NCBI GenBank assembly: GCA_010909165.1
Contig: VJWM01000318.1
Location: forward strand, 12,651-76,650
DNA from: Anthoceros angustus
Lineage: Eukaryota; Plantae; Anthocerotophyta
DNA length: 64,000 bases
Reading direction: 5' to 3'
Part shown: in pieces, positions 12,370 through 22,759 of the stretch
Numbering within the stretch: the stretch's first letter is position 1
How the letters are laid out: each line of letters opens with the position of its first letter
Program-made: the position numbers and the translations under genes
The notes under the pieces: generated by a model
What the model was told of the DNA's origin: nothing
Seen by the model: the letters and a program-made list of their open reading frames with translations, nothing else
The model's database searches: none

Positions 12370-12600
12370 GAGTGGTAGGAGGTGTCCTACCACCGTAGAG
12401 AAACTCCTACCATGGTGAGAGGGTAGGAGATCCTACCACCGTAGGAGATGACCACCGCTAGTGTTTTGATCACCTACCGTGTAGGAATAGCTCCTACCAT
12501 GGTAGGAGGGTAGGAAGGTATCCTACCGCCGTGGAGTGGTAGGAGAAGGGAAAACGCCTACCATGGTAGGAGGATGTCCTACCAGTGGGAGATGGGTTTC
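12370..12600. repeat. Array of palindromic CCTACCRYGGTAGG motifs (integrase-accessory ORF spacer)
   Basis: Repeated (CT)CCTACCATGGTAGG(AG), a perfect palindrome, plus variants. Also at 22260-22490 and 32600-32835. Confidence 0.85.
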
Positions 12601-12789
12601 TAAGGAAGTAGCTTATGTTTTAGGCAGATAGGCTTGCTATATAGAGTCTTTTAGTGGACTAGATAAATAGGCCAAAATAGGTAATTAAGAAATTAGAGGC
12701 TAATTTTCAGTAATTAGAAATTAGAAAATAGGGAAATTGGTATTTTAGTATAAGTAAAATTAGGAAACTAACATCAATGGTGGAGAAAG

Positions 12790-12865
12790 GGCCACGTGGC
12801 ACACATCCAAGGGCAGGATAGAATGGTAGTTACTTTTCTAACCCTTGGGTGACTTATAAAAGTGG
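12790..12865 (+). promoter_or_regulatory. Putative internal promoter of accessory ORF (G-box plus TATA)
   Basis: GCCACGTGGC ~60 bp upstream of CTTATAAAAGT after an AT-rich tract. Conserved at ~9835-9910, ~22685-22755 and ~32330-32400 (minus). Confidence 0.45.
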
Positions 12866-12899
12866 TTGCAGTGCTGCGGCTCGAAACTTGAGGAGCGGC

Positions 12900-15800
12900 C
12901 TCCAGAAGGCGCCGCCACACCTCAAGCTGCCCAAGGCCCCCAGCAAGCGCCCGTACACCAGCCTGTGTTGAGGAGGAGAAGGAGGCGCAAGCTCAGGGAG
13001 GAAATCCGGCGCCCAAGAGAGGAAGAAGGAGGAAAAGAGAAGAAGAGAAGGGAGAAGAAGGTTGGGGCAACACTTGCCAAGCTCGTGAGGGTGCCTAGGA
13101 GGGTGGAGCGTGGCAAGATTGCTAGGAAACCGGAAGGGCTCCTAAATTGTGGCGTGTAAGAGTCCGTGGGAATTTTGTGAGCTTTCTCTTGCAGGAGAAA
13201 TCGGGGTTTTGGGGGCGCCAAGGTGTAAGGGCTGGAGGAGAGCAAGGGCAAGGACCTTTGAGCTGTGAGCAAGAGCAAATCGAGGAGGAGAAACGTTTGC
13301 AAGGAAGTGAGTCTGCAGGTGCAGGAGAGGCATCACTTTTCTTCAATTTCGTGCAAGTACTAACCAAGGAGGCCATGACCAAGCCTACCATGACCAAGGG
13401 CAAGGAGGTAGTAGCCAAGGAAGGAGCGTCCACCAAGGGAGGTGGCGCAGGAGCGGGCAAGAGGTCTAAGGCAGGAGGATCAGACCCCGGAGGGTGGAAA
13501 TTTGACATGCCATTATTTACGTGCTATGCAGGCCAGCTATCCTCTAGAGACCTTTCAGACTTTCGACCTTGGGCAGCAGAGGAGAATATTCAGCTAGAGT
13601 GGGTGTATGGGCGACATTGGTCTTACACCAACCTTGAATTGATAGAGAGTGTTTTGCTAATTTGCAGGACGGAGGAATTGGCCGCCTTAGGATAGGCGCA
13701 GACGGATCCACGGTGTTGGAAGGAGCATACGCCCGGTATATGGGTAGGATAGCGAGGATAGCGGAATCACGTTGATGGAAGGAACGAGGCAAGCGTGCAT
13801 CAACGGATCTTCCCAAGGAGCCCTTACCCTTATGCAAGGGGCATGAAGGCTAAGAATCCAAGAACGGTTGGCGACGGACCAAATCTTGGAGCCCAAGTGG
13901 AGATTGTTCACAAGAATTGTTTTGGGCTTGGTGAGCAATCCAAGGGTGTCATATTTCTACCTTCCTCCATTTTCTATGGAAGATCACTCAAGGAGCGAAG
14001 CCGGATTGGGGCTCATCATGTATGAAGCATACACTACCAAAAAGTTCAAAACCCAACGTCGGATGAAGACAGGTCAAGGCCATGCTATCTTAGCACTTAT
14101 CTAGTGCATTTGTGGGAAGTAGAGGGGCTACTCACAAGTAAGGAGTTGGATGATTCCAAGCATCCCTTTAACATTGTGTACTTACACCGGGAGAGGGACA
14201 GTGCTTGGTGCTGCGCTAAAGGAGGTGCCGGCACCACACAGGACATTATTCGGAAGGAATCCCTCCGAAAGATAGGCCGGAGGATGTGCGGGAGGACTTG
14301 CAAGGAGAAGTTGTAGGGGATTTGAAGTTTGGACCGCAGGATGCGGAGATGGAAGGTAGGATAGATCCTACCATGGGAATCCGCTGCGAGGGTGGGAGGT
14401 GTTCCACGTGGTTTGGGACCCCTTCGTCCTCTCATGACAAGGCCTACGGTGGCGAATTAGTCCTACCACGGTGGAAGTAGTCCCACTGGTGAGCACCTCC
14501 TACCACGGTAGGAGGAAAGGAAGTCACGGTTTGGAAGCTCCCAAGGGAGATAAGAAGGCAACCGGCCCTAGGTGGGCGGCGGATGGAGTCACGGTGGGAG
14601 GGTTGCCCACCAAGTGATGAGCGGGAGCTCATCATAGGGAAGCAAGGGATGTAAGATCCCATGAGCAAGGCAAAGGCCTTGAGTCTCCCGGAGGTAAGAA
14701 AGGAGACTTAGACATGTTGGAGGAGATCTGCGCAGGAGATGTTCAAGGTAGATGGAGCCGCCAAGAGGAGAGTTGAATTCTTGAAGACGGAGGCGGAAGA
14801 CAAGGACCTACCAAGCAAGGGAAATTGCGGGTAGGCGGCGGAAACCCAGTGAGGAGGATGTTATGAGGATGGAAGCTCAAGTGGAGCACTTGGAAAGAGT
14901 CTTGAAACAAGGCTAAGGCAAACAACATATTCGGAGAACAAGGCTCTTACCAAGCAATTGGCAGCTCGAGAGGAGAAGGTGGAGCAACTTGCTCACATGG
15001 TGCGCATGGGAAAAGAAGGCGGAAGACAAGCAAGTCTGCTAATGGAGGAAAGGTCAAGACGAGAGCAATCTGCAGCAAATGAGGGCAAGGCAAGTAGGCA
15101 CATGAGCGGTCATAGCCACAGTGTGAAGATTAGTGACATGGAAAAGGAGCTGGGAGAAATCCGAGGCTGGAATTGAAGGAAGAAGAGGTAGTTGTCTAAG
15201 AGGAGGAGAAGGTTGTGCTCACGACAACAAGAGGAAGGAAGTTGTTGAGGAGTTGCCGATCAAGGGTGAGGGTCAAGAATTCGAGCCCGTTAGTACTCGA
15301 GGTACATCTTCCGCTCTCGCAAGAGAAGGACTTTTCGTGGATTGTCGAGCTCTTCTAGCTTGATTTTGTCGTCGTAGAGGAGGAAGGCAAGAGGGTGAGA
15401 TTTGGCAAAGGAGAAGTTGGGGTATGAAATCTAACGCTAATATTTCGCAAGGTCTTGATCAATTATTGCCCAACTTGCTGCCCTTTCAACCTTGCTTGTT
15501 AGGAGGACGAGGCGCTTGTGTGCCCAAGTCTGTATAGTACATCCCGCTTGGTGCAGCATTTGTTTACGACAGGTGGAATTCTGGGAGGTGTGCCCACGGT
15601 TTTGTGGACGCCCTTGACCATGATAGGAGGAAGCAGGTGGTGGGAGTCACACCAACAGCCCGCCAGCAGATGTGAGATTTGGGGAGAAGAACGGACACAT
15701 TTTGTCCAAAGATTGGAAATGGAAGCAGAAGTCCAGCGGAGAGTGCACAACTCCCTAGGAGGATAGGGAGTTGGAGGAAGAAATGGCAAAGGAGAAAGGC

Positions 15801-16634
15801 CGTCATGAGGCGTGGTGCAGCATATGTTGGCGGTGAGGAGGCAGATTTGGTGATTATGCCCTACAAGAGATTGATCCGCTGCAGAATGAGAGGACGGAGA
15901 ATGTGGCTCTCCATGTCAAGACCGGTGAGCTGGCCTTGAGCGAGATGCTTACAAAAGCAAGTGTGAGCATGGAGTATGGCTTGAGGATTACAGAATTGGA
16001 GATGGCACAACAACGATTTGCAGCCCATCTTCACAACAAGGTGCTCAAGGCCACTAACGAGTTGTTGCGACTTCTGAGAGGAGGATGTTGGGACCTCATG
16101 ATGATGATAGGGAGGCCCTCATGCAAGTCCAACCGGAAGCCTTAGACTTGGAGAGTGTCCCAAGCACAGGGTGAAGAAACTTGCACTGTGGAGAAGCAAG
16201 TGAAGCGGGAGAAGCACGGTGGAGAATCACCCGGGAAGGGGGAAGAAGAAAAACGACCCGGTAGGAACTCCTACCGTGGTAGGAGGAGTTCCTACCGTGG
16301 TAGGAGGGACTCCTACCGTGGTAGGAGAAGGTCCTACCATGGTAGGAGGGCCAGCAGATTCAAAGGTGCTAGCATGGATTTGACAAGGGAGGCGAGTACC
16401 TTGGCCCTTGCAGAAAGAAGGAAGAGGGGTTGATCTTGCAGAATGGAGCAAGAATCACAAGGAGAAGACCAACCTCCTAACATGGGTGCAGCAAGGAGCT
16501 CACTTGCTCCACAAGTGAGAGGAAGAGGAGAAGGCGAGGATGAGCCGGTGGCTAAGAGAGCCCGGCTATTTTATTGGAGGAAGGAACTCAAGATAGGCAT
16601 CAAGATAAGGAAGGGATTCATAAGAAGTCCTTAA
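12900..16634 (+). pseudogene. Large accessory (env-position) ORF of family B, frameshifted; C-terminal half coiled-coil-like
   Basis: Fragments KFDMPLFTCYAG..EENIQLEWVYGRHWSYTNLELIE, YLSTYLVHLWEVEGLL, an E/K/R-rich heptad region, ending ARLFYWRKELKIG..SP*. Homologues occur in other families in the window. Confidence 0.7.
16270..16346. repeat. 4 x 21-bp tandem repeat with palindromic core CCTACCRTGGTAGG
   Basis: Cores start at 16270, 16291, 16312 and 16333. Second copy at ~25596-25672. Confidence 0.9.
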
Positions 16635-16703
16635 ATTAGCTTGAAGACATGGGCAAGATGCCACTTGGGAAGACTTTTCTTTAGAGGAGGATGCATTAAT
16701 GCT

Positions 16704-17733
16704 TGTCAGAGAGTGTGTTGACTAGCTAGATAGGAATGTTGTGAGCCATTAAGGCTCACATAGGTGAATTTAGAATAGAATTTTACCCAAGATGCTTGGA
16801 TGTCGAACTTAAAGTCAATAGGATACACTAAAATAAGGAGTAAGGCGTGCGGGGAGGCGCCGAGGCTGTGAGGACCTCCCTATAAAAGGAGGGGAGCTTG
16901 TGAAGTAAAATTATCGTGTCTTGCGCTCCCATCCTCCCGAGTCCTTCACTTTGTGCAGAATTTCGCCAAGCCAATGTCTCGTAGAGAGGGAGAACGCGCG
17001 GTCGGAGTCTGGGTGGAGGCTTGCTCTTTGCAGGCCCCAGCTCCCCTTGTGAATGGTTGTTGTGAATTGTTTTGCTTTGAGTGTGTGGCGATGCTCAAGG
17101 AACTCTCGGCTTGAGGGTAGACTAGGAAAGACTCTGGAGGTTCTCTGCGGTACAAACCACATAGCAACCGCCCAAGGAAGAACTCGTTAATTTCGACGGA
17201 CCCAGGCATTGTGCCGTAAGGGCGAGTTGGAATTAATGAGCCAGCAATTGGTGTTAGAGTAGGAGATTGTGGAGGAAGGAAGGGTAGATGAGTAGAGAAG
17301 AAGGGCGTTGTTGATTGAGAGAGTTGTGAGGAGGATTAGAGTGTAGGAAAAGCGGAAGGCCAGTGCGAGCCTAAGGGACGAATCCCTGCAAGTAAGAGGG
17401 CGCTCCCTGGAGAAGAGTGTCTTAGGAGTAGGGACGGTTGCGGTGTGGGTCGGGGGTCCCGGCATGGGCACCTTCGTTAAGACGTAACTGCAATTGTGTG
17501 GTGTCGTTGTAGGTTGAGGTTTGGTGAGTTCTGGCGGCAGCGTAGCTGCAGGGAGCGTGAGAGGGCGCCTTGCTTGTTTAGAAGGCTGAGGTAGTGTGTA
17601 GCTGCGGTGGTGTGATTCTCAAGATTCGGCTTCCCCAAGTCTCATGGGACGCCAACCCAGCGTCTGAACGACGGTGGGATAAGTGTGGCCGCTAGAGGGG
17701 AATCTCGGGAGTGCCCCGGGTTTTCCTCCCACA
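16704..17733 (+). repeat. LTR, family B, copy 1
   Basis: TGTCA...CCTCCCACA with TATA CCCTATAAAAGG. Followed by TTTTGGCCGTTGCGGGA. Confidence 0.85.
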
Positions 17734-17736
17734 TTT

Positions 17737-17750
17737 TGGCCGTTGCGGGA
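17737..17750 (+). promoter_or_regulatory. Degenerate tRNA-Asp PBS
   Basis: TGGCCGTTGCGGGA equals the 2577 PBS with small deletions and has the same spacing from the LTR end. Confidence 0.75.
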
Positions 17751-19749
17751 CTTGTGGGTCCATTGAAATTTTGAGATTTTCGTTGCTAGCTTGCGATGAG
17801 CTGAGAGATCTTGTAAGGAGGTAGGCGGGGTCTAGGAAGAGCCTACACGTCCTGGAACCCGTGCGTTGTGAAGGAGGAGCTCCACGCCTCCCGTGTGATT
17901 TTGTGTTCTGCAGCAAGAATGGCGCATGGCGGGTTGGCTGATTTTTCTTTAACAACCGTGTTTTGGAGGCTATGAGGATGCTTGCAGATGTCTAGCGGAG
18001 GGGAGGGAGAGGAGAAAACCATAGGAGGTCACCCCACACATCGCAAGAGATCTAAGAGCTGCAAGAAGAAATCAATGGAGGGGAGGAAAAGCGGTGGTTG
18101 CACGCTCGGAGGAGGAAGAGCTAAGGGGCTTGAGGAGGAGGCCGTTTTGCCCTTGCCTACAAGGGGAGCCAAGTGATCCAGGAAAACGCTTCGGAGAAGG
18201 GACGTCGAAATCACCGGCAGTGAAACAAAGGAGGTGGTTGAAGAGGAGTTGGTATGTGAAGAGGAGGAGGAAGCACCGCTTTGAGCGATTCAAGTTCAGC
18301 TACCAGCAGGCCTTCTCAACGCTGGACCTTCGTGGTGGTGATCTAGCTCAACTTCCAAGCAGTGAAGGTGGGGTGAGCGTGGGGAATTGCGTGGTCTCAA
18401 GATCTTGCGGGCGCTGATAGAATCACGCTCACTCACATCTTGGGACGCACACCTAGGGAGACACCATCCCGTCCCAATCTTTTGTGCAGACACCCCTTGA
18501 GAACTTTGGTTGGAGAATTTACTGCAGGAGAGGAAGGGAGTGTGAGTTCGCCTAGCTCATCTGGACCAAGCAACATGAGTGGAGCAGGAGTAGGAGGGAT
18601 TTGCTGTTTGGATAGTTGTGTGTTGAGGGGTGTGAGCGTGCTTCGAAGTCTAGTCGGGGAGGAGGAAGTAATTTTAGGAGTTGAGAGGAGATCACCCCGT
18701 CTTTTCGCAAGGGATTTGTGAACTGAATGGAGAAATCATGTGTGAAGAAAGCTTAGTTGCTGCTGATGTGCAAAGGAAGAAGCGGAGGAGAGCTCTTGGG
18801 AGGAAGCTACATGTGCTAACATCTTCAAGGGTTCCGTTGAGGAAGAAGAGGTAGTTGTCTAAGAGCAAGAGGAGGTTGTGCTCACGGACAGCGAGAGGAA
18901 GGAGGTTGTTGCCGAGGAGTTCGATCAAGGGTGAGGGTCAAGAATCCGAGCCTGTTAATAATTTCCAAGGTACATCTTCCGTTCTTGCAAGAGGAGGACT
19001 TTTTGGCGTGGATTGTTGAGCTCTTCTAGCTCGAGTTGGTCGTCGAAGAGGAGGAAGGCAAGAGGGTGAGATTTGGCGGTGGAGTTGGGGTACGAGATCT
19101 AATGGTGAGCTTTGCAAGGTCTTGATCATTACGCCCATCTTGCTGCCCTTTCAACCTTGCTTGTTAGAGGGAGGCGCTTGTGTGCCCAAGTCTGTATACA
19201 TCCCGCTTGCAGCATTTGTTCGCCCGACAGGGGAAGTTTCTTGGGAGGTGTGCCCATTTTGTGGACGCCTCAACCATGAGTGGAGGAAGTGGAGGTGGTG
19301 GAAGTCACACCCGCAATATGTGAGATTTGGGGAGAAGCAACAAAGATGATGAGGCTTTTGTGCAAACTTTGAACATGTGACTCATGCGAATTTGGAAGTC
19401 TCAATGTGGATTGTCTCCAAATTTTCCTAGAGTACTTGAGGTCATAGTGTGGTATAGTCACACGATGGAGCTGCATCACCATTGGATTGGGATGATTTGA
19501 GAGCTGTATCTTTGAACCGGTTTTGTGGCTTAAGCTATGCACATCATCACGTTGGTCCGGTTGAGGACTCTGCGAAGGAAGAGGAGGAGTCTTGTATGAT
19601 TACATAGAGAGAGAGTACCACCACGGCCACGAAGGATGTAGCCTTCAAAAGCAAGGCCTATGGTATGACCTTTCTTGATAAAGGTTGGGAAAGCAGTGTA
19701 GGAAGGAGTTAGAGGAACACATGTAGATCCATGTGCCATAGAAAAATTA

Positions 19750-22045
19750 GAGCTAGAATGTGGTAAGGTGGTGAAGATTTCTAAGTGTAGAGGAGATGGT
19801 AGAGTTTAAGAAGGTGCGGGGAAGAGCATGAATGCAGGTTTCATTTTCGAGGAGAGCGACTTGAGGCCCGATGATTTCCGACGAGGAGTTGGTTGCCACG
19901 GCCTGGGTCAAGGGGAGGACGTGAGCATGTTGTAGACGGCCTAAGTTGATCAGCAAGCCTTGCTGCCAGCAGAGAGGTCAAATGAGCAAGAAGGAGCGCG
20001 TTGTGAAAGGCGGCAGGACAATCTGGAAATCCGAGAGGATAAAGGGCGCCAGTATGGGCGCGAGGAGGAGGCTGGAATGCTCCTCAAGGGTGAGCAGTCG
20101 AGGGCTGCAAGTGGAGGCCAGGTTGGCAAAGAAAAGAAAACGGAGCGTGAGCGTGAGGCGCCCACTTGGCGAGGTCATGGCCGGGCGCCATGGGGCCGCG
20201 AGGAGAGAAGGCCCTAGGGAGGTGGACACGCGGTGAGGAGGAGATGCATCCCATGAAAAGTTTGAGCGGCGGGAGAAGTTGGCGATTCATGGGAAATCAC
20301 TCAAAATTGGCCATGGAGTGCAGCAAGGCGAGGAGGTCGCCATGGGAGCGAGCTGGACCTGGACACGAGGCTAGACCAGCAGAATGGAAGAAATCGAACT
20401 TGGAGGAGGAGCATGCGCAGGTCGAACTTGCATGGACAAAGCGGGAGAAACGGTTTTGTGAATGATGCATGCCGTGCTGCTGTGTGGCGAGCTAGCAGGA
20501 GGCCACGATGGTGGCAAGGATGATGGAGAAATTGAAGAAATCTTGGAGGAAGGAGAAGTGGCACACAAAATGGTGTCGAGGCTACTGTCTTTGAGCCAGG
20601 AGCGGATGGCTTTATGGTGATGTGTATGAAGGAGGATTGTGGAGAAATCACACCTCAAGATATGCTTTTGCAAGAAGGAGAGTCGACCAATTCACGGTGA
20701 AGAATTGCGCAGCTGTAAGGAGATTTGCTAGGCGCGATCTAGTCAGAGTCTAGAAGGTCGGAGATGGTGTACCAGCGATGATGCAATCCACCAGGCACAT
20801 ACTGTCGGCATGCGCGAGAAGCTAGTTTGTGGGCCGAGTTGAAGGCGGGGTTGTGGCCGCCAACATCCACTGGTGAACAAGATGGAAACAAGCAAGGCGT
20901 GGCTGGCCTAGAGGCTAAGAGCAAGTCTTGCTAGAAAGCCAAGGATCCGTGAAGGGAGTTTTGTGCAGGAGATGTTGACCTAATGAATTGGGATTCGAGC
21001 GAAAGGTGAGCATCAAGAGGGCTGCAAGTGGAGGCCAGCAAGTTGGCAAAGGGAGAAGAAACGGAGAATGGAGGACTCATGGCGTGTGGGAAGAGCTGAT
21101 GGAGCCTGAGTAGGGGCGGCTCGAGGATGGTGTGCATGGAAAGGAGCTGAAGAATGATCAAGCTTGTGACAGAAAGGAATTGGGAATTCATGAAGGAAGC
21201 CACTTTTTGTGGAGGTACGGCGTCGAGAGTATTGTCGTCCAGCTAGCTTGGGCCAGAGCCTAAGGTTACATGGCATAGCAAGAAGAAAGTTGGTGCATGA
21301 GCGTGGATACAGGCCGTGATGCAAGGCAGGATCCACGGGTCATAATGTACATGGGGTGCCACCAGTCCGTGGTGGAGGAGGTAGGAAGTGGCGAAGTGCA
21401 TGGGAAGAGGAGGTTAGAACGTGAAGGACTCCCATGTCCACGTTGAAGGTGAGGAAATTTCTTGGAGCACGGAATCATCGATAGTTTGTCTAGGGAAGGG
21501 CACTGTCTTTCTTAGAGCCTTATTGTTAAGAGATGGGGTCTTATAAGCTTGGTTTGATGAGAAGATGTTGTTTGAAGGAAGGAAGCTTCTCTTCTTAAAA
21601 AGCATGCGGAAAGGGTTGGAGGCCATTATTCTAATCACGTGAAGAAGATCTTAGATGGGGATTGTGGGCTTCTAATGGAGAAAGTGACTATATTTAACGA
21701 ATGATGCCATTGAATTTAGTACCTACCATAGAATCATGGAGGATGAGCGAGATGAGGAGAGTCGGAAGTTAGACTAGATCTTTCATGAGCATGAGGAACG
21801 AGGGAAGATGCTTTAGAAGAAACTCAGAGCTTAGAAAGGATAGGCATGATGGGAAGTTGAGGCAAGAAGCTATCATGGGGATTTGGTTCTTCTATATGAT
21901 AGCGATATATGGACTTTTGGAAGCTTAGGTTGAGATGGATGGGACCTTACGAGGTGGTGGCATGAGAATGGATCCCAACCACGTGCGGATGGGGATTTCG
22001 CAACTAGAGTGAATGGGTGGAAGGTTAAGAAGTACCTTGATGAGG
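19750..22045 (+). pseudogene. pol: Deleted pol of family B: RT start / RH tail / duplicated linker with PHD / integrase lacking core
   Basis: GKVVKISK..EEMVEFKKV fused to DEELVATA. PHD at ~20565-20725 (WCRGYCL.PGADGFMVMCMKEDCG). FLEHGII..VGGHYS..KKILD jumps to LWA, then WMGPY..VNGWKVKKY. Confidence 0.8.
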
Positions 22046-22759
22046 AATGTTTGCGAGGACGCAAACAGAGAGGAGTATGTGGGCAAAAGTTTGCAAGCAT
22101 GAGTTGCTTGACAGCACTCTTTGCTAGAAATGGTTTGGTGAAGACATGCAAGGAAATTTTTGCTCCTTTTGAGCGGGAGTTGTAGGACCATGTCGGGAAG
22201 GCAGAGAGGATATGCAGGAAAAGAAACGGGTCAAAACGACCTGGTGAGAGAAAAGGTAACCTACATGAGTGGTAGGAGGTGTCCTACCGTGAGAAACTCC
22301 TACCATGGTAGGAGGGAGAGATCCTACCACCGTGGGAGGATGACCTGCTAGTGTTTTGATCACCTACCTAGGAATAGCTCCTACCATGGTAGGAGAGGTA
22401 GGAAGGTATCCTACAGAGGAGTAACTCCTACCGTGGTAGGAGAGGAACGCCTACCATGGTAGGAGGATGTCCTACCACGTAGGAGATGGGTTTCTAAGGA
22501 AAGTAGCTTATGTTTTAGGCAGGATAGGCTTGCTATATAGAGTCTTTTAGTGGACTAGATAAATAGGCCAAAATAGGTAATTAAGAAATTAGAGGCTAAT
22601 TTTCAATAATTAGAAATTAGAAAATAGGGAAATGGTATTTTAGTATAAGGAATTAGGAAACTAACATCAATGGTGAGAAAGGGCCGTGGCACACATCCAA
22701 GGGCAGGATAGAATGGTAGTTACTTTTTCTAACCCTTGGGTGACTTATAAAAGTGGTGC

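Noticed and set aside
12370-12600. CRISPR-like array of palindromic repeats
   Set aside because: Cores are only 14-18 bp with short irregular spacers. There are no cas genes, and the arrays are internal to retrotransposons.
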